DNA of 64,000 nucleotides from Alphaproteobacteria bacterium (GTDB lineage Bacteria; Pseudomonadota; Alphaproteobacteria; MPNO01): assembly GCA_965248835.1 (NCBI GenBank), contig CBDFLJ010000002.1:896001-960000 (forward strand). Reading direction: 5' to 3'. Position 1 is the stretch's first letter, and each line of letters opens with the position of its first letter. The translations under genes and the position numbers were made by a program. Of this stretch, positions 51,881 to 61,744 are shown piece after piece. Below the pieces are notes generated by a model. That model was not told the DNA's origin. It worked only from the letters and a program-made list of their open reading frames with translations, and did no database searches.

Positions 51881-54280
51881 GTGGGACACAAGGACGGCAT
51901 CAAATATGCCCTCGGCCCGGCGGACGAGCAGGCGCATTGGCAGGAGGTCTATAACCGCCTGGTCGATCAGGCATTGAGCGAGGCCCATGGCGGCCCGCCC
52001 GACGTCAGTCAACGCGAAACCCGCTATGTCGGGGTGCCCACGCCGCGCAACGATGCGATCTACAAGGTACGGGGCCGTGCCGAGTATGTCGGCAATCTGT
52101 TGCCCGAGGGGGTGCTCCATGGCCGGTTCGTCCGGAGCGTCCACGCCCGCGCGCGCATCCTGAGGGTCGACGTATCGGCGGCCCGTTCGGCACCCGGCGT
52201 CGTCGACGTATTGACCGCCGATGACCTCGACCCCGCGCGTTCTCTGGTCGGCACCCTCCAACACGACACCCCCGTGCTGGCCAAGGAGGAAGTGCGCTAT
52301 GTCGGCGAACAGATCGTCGCGATCGCCGCCGAAACCGTGGAGCAGGCAGAAGCGGCGTGCGATCTGGTCGAGGTCGACTACGAGCCACTGACGCCGGTGC
52401 TGACGTTCGAGGACGCATTTGCACCAGACGCACCGCATGTCGACGCGGCCGGAAACAGCATTTGCGACTACAACATCGGCCGCGGCGACATCGAGGCCGG
52501 ATTCGCAGAGGCCGACGTCGTCGTCGAAGGAACGTTCAAGACCGAGCCGATCGACCATTGCTTCATGGAGGCGCAGGCTGGCATCGCGTTCGTCGATGAC
52601 GACGATGTCCTCACGCTCCTGTGCTGCACGCAATACCCCCACTACCATCAGGAGGAGCTGTCTCGCCTGACCGGCCTGCCGATGGAGAAGGTTCGGGTGA
52701 TCCAGACCATCACCGGCGGCGGCTTTGGCGGCAAGCTGGATGCGACGGTCGAATGCGCCGCCAGCCTGATGGCGTTGCGCAGCAAGCGTCCGGTCAAGAT
52801 GACGCTGTCGCGCGAAGAGGTGTTCGTCGCGACGACCAAACGGCACAAGTCCGAGATCCACCAGAAGCTGGGTGCGACCAAGGACGGCAAGATCACCGCG
52901 TGCGACGTTCGGATCCTGGCCGACGGCGGCGCCTACCGCTCCTACAGCGAGATCGTTGCCGGGCGGATGATGGTGCATGTGGGCATGCCGTATTGGGTCC
53001 CCAATTTGCGTGTCCATCTCACGACGGCGTTCACCAACCACGCGCCTTCGGGTGCAATGCGAAGTTTCGGCGTGGTGAAAGTCGCCTTTGCCAATGAATC
53101 GCTGATGAACGAGCTCGCGACCAGGCTCGGCATGAGCCCGATCGAAATTCGGCGGATCAACGGATTCGCCGACGGCTCCGAGACCAATACCGGCCAACTG
53201 TTGCAGGACGTCGGGTTGCACAAGACGTTCGATGCGATCGAACCGATCTACGAGGCACGCAAGCAGGAATTGGCCAAGGAGGCGGACCAGGGGCGCAAGG
53301 TCGGTCTCGGGATCGCCTCGCTGGCCTACGGCATCGGTTATACCGGCTATCCCAACCCCGCCGTCTTCACCATGACTGCGGCACCAGACGGGTCGCTCAC
53401 AGCCCATGTGGGGACGCCGGATTTCGGAACTGGCTCGGACACCGTGTTTGCGCAGATCATCGCCGAGACGACGGGGTTGTCGTTGTCACGAATCCAAATT
53501 CGAAGCGGTGACTCGAACACCTCGCAGGACGCCGGACCGACATCGGCCTCCCGCCTTACCTATTTCTGCGGCAATGCCGCTCATTTCTCCGGACAGGATT
53601 TCAAACGGAAGTTTGAGGCCGCGTTCGCGAGAAAAGTCGGCAGCTCCACCGACGATGTCGAGCTCAGGGACGATGGCGTCCGTCATCGCAACGAGCATAT
53701 CGGTTTCGATGAAGCCTGCGGGCTCCTCGGAGACGAGCTCGCCGAAATCGAGGGGTATGGCAAATTCGATCCCGAAGCCGGCGTCAATCTGGAAACCTTC
53801 AGGGGCAACCCTTATCCCACCTATACCTACGCCACCCACCTGGTCGAAGCCGAAATCGACGACGAGTTGGGCGCGGTCCATGTCCGGCGCTACTGGGCGG
53901 CCCACGACGTCGGCCGGGTCGTCAATCCGCCCGCGGCGGAAGGCCAGGTCGAGGGTGGCGTCGCGATGGGGCTCGGCATGGCGCTTTGGGAACGGGTGGC
54001 GCGCGAAGACGGCCAGACGCTCAATCCCAACTATCGCGACTATCTGCTGGCGGGGACACGGGACATCCCGCCGAAGATCGAGGCGATGTTCGTGACCAAC
54101 GAGGATCGAACCGGACCCTTCGGTGCAAAGGGGTTTGCCGAATCGACGCTGATCCCGGCACCGCCGGCGCTGGGGGCAGCAATCTATGACGCTATCGGCG
54201 TCCGGCCGAGGCAGCTGCCGATGGACAGCGAATACATCCACGCGCTGATCCGCGCGCGCGAGGGCGGAGGCGGATCATGA
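51881..54280 (+). CDS. Xanthine dehydrogenase family molybdopterin-binding subunit
   Basis: GAGGAGG RBS; RSVHARARI, VRYVGE, GGGFGGK, AMRSFG, EGQVEGG, GAKGFAE. Confidence 0.92.
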   Translation: MGHKDGIKYALGPADEQAHWQEVYNRLVDQALSEAHGGPPDVSQRETRYVGVPTPRNDAIYKVRGRAEYVGNLLPEGVLHGRFVRSVHARARILRVDVSAARSAPGVVDVLTADDLDPARSLVGTLQHDTPVLAKEEVRYVGEQIVAIAAETVEQAEAACDLVEVDYEPLTPVLTFEDAFAPDAPHVDAAGNSICDYNIGRGDIEAGFAEADVVVEGTFKTEPIDHCFMEAQAGIAFVDDDDVLTLLCCTQYPHYHQEELSRLTGLPMEKVRVIQTITGGGFGGKLDATVECAASLMALRSKRPVKMTLSREEVFVATTKRHKSEIHQKLGATKDGKITACDVRILADGGAYRSYSEIVAGRMMVHVGMPYWVPNLRVHLTTAFTNHAPSGAMRSFGVVKVAFANESLMNELATRLGMSPIEIRRINGFADGSETNTGQLLQDVGLHKTFDAIEPIYEARKQELAKEADQGRKVGLGIASLAYGIGYTGYPNPAVFTMTAAPDGSLTAHVGTPDFGTGSDTVFAQIIAETTGLSLSRIQIRSGDSNTSQDAGPTSASRLTYFCGNAAHFSGQDFKRKFEAAFARKVGSSTDDVELRDDGVRHRNEHIGFDEACGLLGDELAEIEGYGKFDPEAGVNLETFRGNPYPTYTYATHLVEAEIDDELGAVHVRRYWAAHDVGRVVNPPAAEGQVEGGVAMGLGMALWERVAREDGQTLNPNYRDYLLAGTRDIPPKIEAMFVTNEDRTGPFGAKGFAESTLIPAPPALGAAIYDAIGVRPRQLPMDSEYIHALIRAREGGGGS

Positions 54281-55158
54281 CGGCAGCCTGTCACTACGCA
54301 CGGCCCCGATCGGTCGAGGAGGCCATCGAGTCGCTCCAGGCAAGCGGTGGCGAAGGGACCGTGATCGCAGGTGGCGTGGCGCTCGGCATCCTGATGAACG
54401 AACGGCTGGTGCGCCCGACCTGGCTGGTCGATATCGCGCGGATCGAGCGATTGCGCGCGCTGGATTTGACCGCGAACGGCGAGCTCCGGATCGGCGCCAC
54501 TGTGCCCAATACGGAGCTCGAGCGGTCGGCGACGGTCGCCCGGGATTTCCCGTTGCTCCATGAGATGTCCCACGAGATTGCCTGCGGCCGCGTGCGCAAC
54601 CGGGGGACCGTCGGGGGCAATATCTGCCTCGCCGATCCTCAGGGAGATCCGCCGGCAGCGATGCTGGCACTCGATGCGACCCTCAATGTCCGCGGTCCAA
54701 ACGGCGCTCGCGCCGTCCCGATCTCGGAATTCTTTCACGATCTCTATACGACGGCGCTCGGCGAGACGGACATCCTCGAAGAGATCATCGTCCCGCCGAT
54801 TCCGGCGAACGCCGGTTACGCCTATGGCAAATACGGCGCCCGTCGGGCGATGGACTACACCGCGACGATCAGCGCGGCGGTGACGATGGTCCGCGACAAC
54901 GGCGGCGTCAGCGACGTCCGGATCGGGATGGGCGGGGTCGGTACCACACCGGTCCGGCCCTATGGCGCCGAGGCGGCGCTCCGGGGTCAAACCCCCGATG
55001 CGGAGGTCCTTGCGGCCATGGCCGCGGCGCTCGCCGAAGAGCTTACGCCGCTCGACGACGTCATATACTCCGCCGATTACAAGCGCCATGTCGCGTCGGT
55101 CATTCTGCGGCGCACCGTCGAACGCGCCTACCGACGGGCTGGAGGTCAGGCGGGATGA
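54277..55158 (+). CDS. XDH family FAD-binding (medium) subunit
   Basis: IAGG, RIGA, VRNRGTVGGN, ADYKR. Confidence 0.9.
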   Translation: MTAACHYARPRSVEEAIESLQASGGEGTVIAGGVALGILMNERLVRPTWLVDIARIERLRALDLTANGELRIGATVPNTELERSATVARDFPLLHEMSHEIACGRVRNRGTVGGNICLADPQGDPPAAMLALDATLNVRGPNGARAVPISEFFHDLYTTALGETDILEEIIVPPIPANAGYAYGKYGARRAMDYTATISAAVTMVRDNGGVSDVRIGMGGVGTTPVRPYGAEAALRGQTPDAEVLAAMAAALAEELTPLDDVIYSADYKRHVASVILRRTVERAYRRAGGQAG

Positions 55159-55616
55159 CCATCGATATTACACTCACCGTCAACGGGACCGACTATCCGG
55201 TGACGGTCGCCCCGACCGAGATGCTCGTCAATGTGCTGCGCGACCGGCTTCGGCTTACGGGCACGCATCGCGACTGCTGCATGGGTGTTTGCGGTGCGTG
55301 CACGGTCCTGCTCGAAGGCCGACCGGTCAGCTCATGCATCCTGCTTGCGGTCCAGGCCGATGGCGCCGGGATTACGACGGTCGAGGGCCTCGAGCAGGAT
55401 GGCGAGCTTCACCCGCTCCAGCACGCGTTTCTGACCCATGGCGCGGTCCAATGCGGCTACTGCACGCCGGGCATGTTGATGACCGCGAAGGCATTGCTCG
55501 ACGAGAATCCCAACCCAAGCCGGGACGAGATCATCGATTGCTTGCGGGGGAACATTTGCCGCTGCACCGGGTACATGAAGATCATCGACGCGATCGAGTC
55601 CCTGGCGAAGGCGTGA
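55155..55616 (+). CDS. XDH family 2Fe-2S (small) subunit
   Basis: CCMGVCGACTV..SSC, QCGYCTPG, NICRCTGY. Confidence 0.93.
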   Translation: MTIDITLTVNGTDYPVTVAPTEMLVNVLRDRLRLTGTHRDCCMGVCGACTVLLEGRPVSSCILLAVQADGAGITTVEGLEQDGELHPLQHAFLTHGAVQCGYCTPGMLMTAKALLDENPNPSRDEIIDCLRGNICRCTGYMKIIDAIESLAKA

Positions 55617-55620
55617 GCGC

Positions 55621-56190
55621 GTGGAAGTCAAGAAGGAGCGGGGTATCTCATTAGCGGTACCGGTCGCCGCAGCGTGGGATTTCATAAAGGACGTCGAGGC
55701 GGCGGCGAGCTGCTTCCCGGGCGCCTCGATCACCGAACGGCTCGGCGACACCAAATTCAAAGGCAAGGTTCGCCTCAAGCTTGGTCCGGTGACGGCCGAC
55801 TTCGCCGGTGCGGTCGAGATCGTCGAGATCGACGCCGCCGGGCATCGGATCGTGGTCGCCGGGAGCGGCACCGACAGCATCAGTGCCTCGCGCGCATCGA
55901 TGGAGCTCCGTGCCGTTGTCGAGGACCGGGGCGATGCCGGCTCGGAGGTGGTCGGCCATACGACAGTCTCGGTGACCGGGAAGCTCGCGACGCTCGGCGG
56001 GAGGATGATGGATAGCGTGGCGGACCGGCTGCTCGATCAGTTCGCCGCATCGTTTACGGAAAAGGCGACCGCACACGCGGCAAGCACGCCACCCGCCGAA
56101 ACCGCGCCGGCACCGCCTGGAGAACTGAACGTCATCGCGCTGATGCTCGGCGCACTGTGGCACCGGATCAAGCGTCTGTTCGGCGGATAG
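55621..56190 (+). CDS. CoxG-like SRPBCC protein
   Basis: ASCFPGA, KLGP, GKLATLGGRMM, C-terminal amphipathic tail. Confidence 0.85.
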   Translation: MEVKKERGISLAVPVAAAWDFIKDVEAAASCFPGASITERLGDTKFKGKVRLKLGPVTADFAGAVEIVEIDAAGHRIVVAGSGTDSISASRASMELRAVVEDRGDAGSEVVGHTTVSVTGKLATLGGRMMDSVADRLLDQFAASFTEKATAHAASTPPAETAPAPPGELNVIALMLGALWHRIKRLFGG

Positions 56191-56360
56191 GATTTCGGGC
56201 AGGGCACTGGCGCGCGCATCCGCAGGCCGCGGGTTTCCATTCCGGCAATGACCGTGCTTCTCAGCCCGGCGCCGGGATTGTCCCGCTTCACCGGTTCGCC
56301 CGGCGCACCATCTGCGGTCGTGTCACTTCCAGGACCTGGCCCGTAACGGATATCGACGCT

Positions 56361-57164
56361 TTACGCCATGCCTGTCGGTCCCGGGAACAGGCCGTGCCGC
56401 GTCAGAAACTCGATCATGAGGCGGTCGAACAGCCACGGCTGCTCGAGTTGGCAGGCATGGCCGGCCCCCGGAAGCACCTTCAACTCGCAATCCGGTATGC
56501 GCGCCTGAAGCGCGAACGCGCTCTGGTGGGCGGCGTCCTCGGTCCCGGTAAGGATTACCGTCGGACAGTCTATATTCTCATGATGACCCGCCGGCTCATC
56601 CTCCTGGAGGGCCCTGAACTGATGGAGAATGGTTTCGAGATCCGCGGCGTCGTTGCGTTCGGAAAATAGTTCGGCGAAGTAGTGTGCGAGCGGTGTCGCA
56701 CGAAATGCGGGGCTCATGTCTTCGAATGTATACGCCCAGCGGAAATCTATGCCGTTGGCGGTGTAGGACTCGATCCGCCGCGCTGCGAATTCCTTCCCGG
56801 GGATATACCCGGTGCCCGACAGGACGAGCGCCGCCGTCCGGTGCGGGCGATGATGGTACATGAACGGAACGATCGCCGATCCGACCGAACAGCCGACCAG
56901 GATTGCGGTCTCGTCGTGCAGCGCATCGTCGATCGCCTCCCAGCAAGCTTCAGCCATGTCCCCGGTGGTCAGGCCCGGGTCGGCTTTGGGCGAACGGCCA
57001 TAACCGGGGATATCGATGGCGATGCACCTGAACCAGGTCGAGAAATGCGCCATCTGAAAAATCCAACAGGACTGATCCATCGGGTTGGGATGGACAAAAG
57101 CGATGACCGGGCCGGTACGGCCCATCCGTTCGTAGTAGAGTGGCCCGTGAATGTGTTGCGCCAC
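56361..57164 (-). CDS. Alpha/beta fold hydrolase
   Basis: DIPGYGRS, nucleophile GCSVG, GTED, GAGH. Confidence 0.85.
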   Translation of the reverse strand: MAQHIHGPLYYERMGRTGPVIAFVHPNPMDQSCWIFQMAHFSTWFRCIAIDIPGYGRSPKADPGLTTGDMAEACWEAIDDALHDETAILVGCSVGSAIVPFMYHHRPHRTAALVLSGTGYIPGKEFAARRIESYTANGIDFRWAYTFEDMSPAFRATPLAHYFAELFSERNDAADLETILHQFRALQEDEPAGHHENIDCPTVILTGTEDAAHQSAFALQARIPDCELKVLPGAGHACQLEQPWLFDRLMIEFLTRHGLFPGPTGMA

Positions 57165-57267
57165 GATTTCCCTCCGTCACCAAAGCCGACCGTTTGGAAA
57201 TAGAAACATCTCGACGTGTTACTTGAAGGCCTCCTCGAAGCCCGCCTGTCGAGACAACGGTCTCCAA

Positions 57268-57555
57268 GAGGCTGCCCCGAAATTTACGTTGGATAACAGT
57301 GCCTTGCGATGCGCCGTGTGAGGAGGCGTATATCGGCGATGAGGAGCCAGGCTTGTGCGGAAGCGATGGATGCTCTCAATCTCTTGCGAGTCTTCGGCAT
57401 CCGTCATAGCCCCGGACGCCGCCGCTTGCGGCGGTTTCCACGCTCTGGCTGTCGATCACGCCGGCGCTCGGGCGGGCCTCGCGCCCCTCAAGCTCCCGCG
57501 CCGCCATGACCAGATGGTGGTTGATGGTTTCCGGCAACCCGTTGGCTCGCCAAAA
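57268..57555 (-). mobile_element. Degenerate IS5-family remnant with internal deletion
   Basis: TINHHLVMAARELEGREARPSAGVIDSQSV..GYD joined to CRRLARD..SIASAQAWLLIADIRLLTRRIAR; terminal GAGGCTGCCCCGAAA. Confidence 0.8.
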
Positions 57556-57556
57556 C

Positions 57557-58588
57557 TCAGTGCTTCTTAGAGACTTGCACCAGCAGGTCGTAGATCTGCT
57601 TGACCGCGGGTTTATTGGCGACCACGACCTCGCCGACAGTCGCAAGCTTGGCCATCATCTTACTGCGCTCGGATGCCGGGAAATCGACGATCTGCCCGCC
57701 GCCCTTGAGCCAGGCGCTGCGGAGCCCATTGTTGAAGGCGAGCGCCCAGGTATACATCTCGCCCTCGAGTGTTTTGGCTTCGTCGAGCATAACGGTGCGC
57801 AAATCCCTCGACAGCTTGTCCCACCATACCTTGCTCACGAAGGCCACACTGGGAAACACGGCTTCATGCGTCTCAGTCAGATATTTCCCGACGGTCCAGT
57901 ATTTGAACGGCACGAAGATCACCAAGGCCGCCTTGACGCCATCGATCGCACCGCGCTGCAGCGCGGGCAGTGCCTCCATCAACGGCAATGGTGTCGGCGC
58001 CGCGGCAAGGCGCTTGAGCGATAGCACTTCGATGTCGCTTGCGAGCACCCTGAGCTTCAAGCCGCGGAAGTCCTCGATCCGGCGGATCGGTCGGCTTCGC
58101 GTCACTACCGAAGCGTTGCTGGACGCCCAGATGCTGATGCCCAAGATCCCTTTGCGCTCGCCGAGCGGCAGGAAGACGTCGCGGAACGCCGGATCGGTTA
58201 TCGTTTGCTGGGCGTGCTCTTTGTCACGGAATAGGCCCGGGGTATCGGTGACCTGCCAGCGCGGCTCAACGCCTTTGACGAAACCCGGCGGGCCGACCCA
58301 CGACTCCACCGTACCGAGCTGCATACCCTCGATCTGGCGCGGGATCGCGCCGAGTTGGCTCGACGGGTACAGCTCGATCGAGATGGCGCCCTTGCCGCGT
58401 TTCTCGACGCGCTGCTTGAACAGCCTCATCCATTCGTTCTGATCGCCCCTCGGCGTCGCGGTGCCGATCTTCATGGTGAATTTCTGGGCCAAGGCCGGAG
58501 TCGCATACAACCCGCTGCAGGCGACCAAGGCGACCAGCCCTGCGTGACACGCCGCGCGCAGGCAGGATTCCAGGGGGTTTCCGTGCAT
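57557..58588 (-). CDS. TRAP substrate-binding protein DctP
   Basis: Signal peptide, YPSSQLG, DFRGLKLR, ALQRGAIDG. Confidence 0.9.
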   Translation of the reverse strand: MHGNPLESCLRAACHAGLVALVACSGLYATPALAQKFTMKIGTATPRGDQNEWMRLFKQRVEKRGKGAISIELYPSSQLGAIPRQIEGMQLGTVESWVGPPGFVKGVEPRWQVTDTPGLFRDKEHAQQTITDPAFRDVFLPLGERKGILGISIWASSNASVVTRSRPIRRIEDFRGLKLRVLASDIEVLSLKRLAAAPTPLPLMEALPALQRGAIDGVKAALVIFVPFKYWTVGKYLTETHEAVFPSVAFVSKVWWDKLSRDLRTVMLDEAKTLEGEMYTWALAFNNGLRSAWLKGGGQIVDFPASERSKMMAKLATVGEVVVANKPAVKQIYDLLVQVSKKH

Positions 58589-58718
58589 GATTTTCTCCTC
58601 GAAAGCGCCTGTTCTTCCTGTTCTTCGCACGGCGCATCGTTTTGCGTTGTCGATTATCGACAGGTCCCCCGGCGAAGTCGAGGGCCCGTGCCCGCGACCT
58701 GCGGGCCGCCGCCGGTGC

Positions 58719-60032
58719 TCACAGCAGCCCGAGCGCGAGCCACGGCACCGCGATCACCAGGACCAGCACCGCGAGCATGATCAGCATGAAGGGGAAGGCG
58801 CCGGCGAAGATGTCGCCGAGCGTGATGCGCTCGTCGTCCAACGTCGACTTGATCGCATAGACCACCAGGCCCAGCGGCGGGGTGACCGAGCCGGCTTCGG
58901 CGGCGATGATCGTGATGATGCCGAACCACACCAGATCGACCCCGAACCCGACCATGATCGGCGCCATGAACGGCAGCAGGATCAGCATGATCGAGAGCGC
59001 ATCGAGGATCGTCCCCATCAGCAGCACGACCACCACGTAGACCGCCAGGGTCTGGTAGAGCCCGAGCCCGAGCGCCGTCAGCCCCTCGACCGCCGATTCC
59101 GGAAGGCGGGTGAGGGTGAGAAGACGCGCATACATGCTGGCGGAGATGATCAGGAAGCCGATCGACGCGGTGGTGTGGCCGGTCTCGACCAGCACCCGCC
59201 ACAGCGTCCGCCAGCCCAGCCGGCGCCGCGCCAGCGCGAGCACCAGCGCGCACAGCGCGCCGAACGCCCCGGCGCCGGTCGGGGTGAACAGCCCGCCATA
59301 GAGACCGCCGAACACCGAAGCGACGATGAGGACGATCGGCAGGATCTTCCACAGCATGGCCAGGCCGGAGGCGGAACCGCCGTCATGCGCCCCCGGAGAG
59401 AGCGCCGCCCGGCCCATGAAGCCCGGGAAGTACCGGGCGATGACCACGATCGCCAGGGCGAAGGCAACCGCCAGCGTGATGCCGGGCAGGATGCCGGCGA
59501 TGAAGAGATGGCCGATCGACGTCTTGGTCAAGAGCCCGTAGAGAATGAGCAGCAGGCTCGGCGGGATCAGCATGCCGATGATCGAGCTGCCCGCGACGAT
59601 GCCGACAGCGAACCGGGGCCGGTAGCCGAAGCGCAGCATCTCGGGCACGGCGATCCTGGTGAAGATCGCCGCCGAGGCGATGCTGATCCCCATGATCGCC
59701 GCGAACACGGTGTTGGCGGCGACGGTGGCGATCCCGAGCCCGCCCTTGATGTGGCGGAAGACGCGGTTGGCGACGTCGAAGGCGTCCTTGCCGATCTCCG
59801 AGACGCCGATCAGCAGGCCCATCAGCACGAACAGCGGAACGGTGCCGTAGACGTAGTTGGCGATGGTCTCGTAGGAGGCGAGCGCGACCAGCTTGATCGC
59901 GAGGTTGAAATTCGTGATTGCGGCGATGGAAAAGAACGAAACCAGCGCCAGAACGAACGCCACATGCATGCCGGCGTAGATCAACAGGATCAGCGCCACC
60001 ACCGAGATCGCGGCTATCTCGGCGTGGCTCAG
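58719..60032 (-). CDS. TRAP large permease DctM (start uncertain, possibly CTG 60032)
   Basis: VPLFVLMG, GGLGIATV, GMLIPPS, GLFTPT, DLVWFG, TPPLG. Confidence 0.9.
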   Translation of the reverse strand: MSHAEIAAISVVALILLIYAGMHVAFVLALVSFFSIAAITNFNLAIKLVALASYETIANYVYGTVPLFVLMGLLIGVSEIGKDAFDVANRVFRHIKGGLGIATVAANTVFAAIMGISIASAAIFTRIAVPEMLRFGYRPRFAVGIVAGSSIIGMLIPPSLLLILYGLLTKTSIGHLFIAGILPGITLAVAFALAIVVIARYFPGFMGRAALSPGAHDGGSASGLAMLWKILPIVLIVASVFGGLYGGLFTPTGAGAFGALCALVLALARRRLGWRTLWRVLVETGHTTASIGFLIISASMYARLLTLTRLPESAVEGLTALGLGLYQTLAVYVVVVLLMGTILDALSIMLILLPFMAPIMVGFGVDLVWFGIITIIAAEAGSVTPPLGLVVYAIKSTLDDERITLGDIFAGAFPFMLIMLAVLVLVIAVPWLALGLL

Positions 60033-60613
60033 CGCGGGGCCTTTCGATCCTCGGGCGCGGTATCGTCGATGCCCCGGACGTCGCGCCATGCGAGCACCGC
60101 GAGCTGGATGACCGCCGCGGCGCTGCCGATCAGGATCATAAGGAGGAACGGCCAGGTGGCGAGCGCGAAATATTCGGCCGTTCCGAGATATTCTCCCTCC
60201 TCCCAGGCAAGCGTGAATTTGGGCCAGATCGCATAGAAGATGACGGCGAACAGGAACGCGCCGGCCAGGTGAAAGACCGCCTGAACCAACCCGCCCGCCA
60301 TCGGGTGCCGCCGCCTCAGGACGCCGAAGAGCGCGTCCGACCTTATGAAGGCCCCGTGGCGAAGCGAATGCGCGATCTGCAAGAAGACGATGCCGACGAT
60401 CGAGAGACTCACGATCTCGGTCGCCCCCTTGATCGGCATGCCGAACAGGGCTTGGCCGAAGATATCGCCGTTGATCAGCAGCATCAGACCGAAGATGCCC
60501 GCGGTGCCGATGCCGTTCAGAGCCGATGAAAGGAGATCGGTCGCGCCGGGAAGGCGGCGGGGGCCAACCTCCCGCCGCCCTTCCTCAGGCGCGGTTTCGC
60601 GCTCCTCGGCCAA
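60029..60613 (-). CDS. TRAP small permease DctQ
   Basis: Four TM segments, PIKGATEIV, FIRSD. Confidence 0.85.
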   Translation of the reverse strand: MAEERETAPEEGRREVGPRRLPGATDLLSSALNGIGTAGIFGLMLLINGDIFGQALFGMPIKGATEIVSLSIVGIVFLQIAHSLRHGAFIRSDALFGVLRRRHPMAGGLVQAVFHLAGAFLFAVIFYAIWPKFTLAWEEGEYLGTAEYFALATWPFLLMILIGSAAAVIQLAVLAWRDVRGIDDTAPEDRKAPR

Positions 60614-60667
60614 GGATTACACCATTATCCACTTGCGTGGGCCGGTGCCGCGCTCGCCGGCAAGGTT

Positions 60668-61744
60668 CTATTTCGACCAGTCGCGGATGATCTTGCCGCC
60701 GCGCTTGCGGACGCCGTCGATGTAGGCCGAGAGCACCTGCCTGCCGGGCAGGCCCTTGGCTTCGAGCGAGTCGGCCCATTGCCTGGCGACGTTGGGCATC
60801 TGCATGGCCCATTTGATCCGCTCGGCCTCGGCCATTGTCGAGACCTTCGCCCCGGCCTTGTCCATGGCACCGTAAATGTGGTTGCCGAGCCCGATCAGCG
60901 CGTCTGGATAGGCCTTGGCGTGGTCCTTGGCCGCCTCGCGGAAGGCCTCGCGCACCTCGCGCGGCAGGCCATCCCAGCGCTTCTTGTTGAAGCTGATGGT
61001 CGTTCCCCAGGCGGCGCCCAGATTGGCCTTCACCACGTAAGGGGCGGGCTCATAGAACTTGAAGGCGAAGGCGCCGGTCGGGAAGATGAGCTGAGCGTCG
61101 ATCATGCCCGATTTGAGCGCCTGGTAGCCCTCGGTGACCGGGTTGTGGACCGAGATCGCGCCGGTCCCCTTGAGCCAGGAGGCCAGGGGGCCGGCGAGGC
61201 CGAACTTCATCCCCTTGAGGTCCTCAACACCGCGGATCGGCGTCCGCGAGAAGATCTGGAAGCTGTTGATCATGGTGCCCGCGAGATAGATCTGGTTCTG
61301 CTTGTGCCAGCCTTCGTTGAGCTCGGGGATGTCGCGGTACATCTCGTCCTGCACCTCGCCCAGCACCCTGGGGTCGTAGCTCACGAAGGGCGCGACGTAG
61401 GTCACAATCGGCAGCGGCAGCTTGGCCTGCTCGAAGATGAACGGGACGAAGCCGATGTCGCCCAACCCGTCGGCCACCGCCTCGAGCGTGTTTTCCTCCT
61501 TGGCGATGGAGGCGCCGTAGGCGCGGGTCCAGCGGATCTTGTACTTGCCGCCGGCCTCCGCCAGGCGCTTCTCGACGCTCGGGACGAGGACGTCCTCGAA
61601 GACCTTGACGAAGATGATGAAGGGCGGAAACCCGGAAACGCTCGTCAGGTTGATCGTCTTCGCGGCATGTGCCGTGCCGGTGTGGATCGCCATCGCGACG
61701 ACGCCGGCGAGGCTGGGCAGCGTAAGCCAAAGAAGTCTTCGCAT
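60668..61744 (-). CDS. TRAP substrate-binding protein DctP
   Basis: Signal peptide, DGLGDIG, DLKGMK, YQALKSGMID, WDGLP. Confidence 0.88.
   Translation of the reverse strand: MRRLLWLTLPSLAGVVAMAIHTGTAHAAKTINLTSVSGFPPFIIFVKVFEDVLVPSVEKRLAEAGGKYKIRWTRAYGASIAKEENTLEAVADGLGDIGFVPFIFEQAKLPLPIVTYVAPFVSYDPRVLGEVQDEMYRDIPELNEGWHKQNQIYLAGTMINSFQIFSRTPIRGVEDLKGMKFGLAGPLASWLKGTGAISVHNPVTEGYQALKSGMIDAQLIFPTGAFAFKFYEPAPYVVKANLGAAWGTTISFNKKRWDGLPREVREAFREAAKDHAKAYPDALIGLGNHIYGAMDKAGAKVSTMAEAERIKWAMQMPNVARQWADSLEAKGLPGRQVLSAYIDGVRKRGGKIIRDWSK

Noticed and set aside
51881-56190. Aerobic CO dehydrogenase (coxLMSG)
   Set aside because: The active-site loop reads AMRSFG, not the AYxCSFR of form I CoxL
56285-56360. 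Possible SDR C-terminal remnant (SVTGQVLEVT) on the minus strand
   Set aside because: Too short to distinguish from chance
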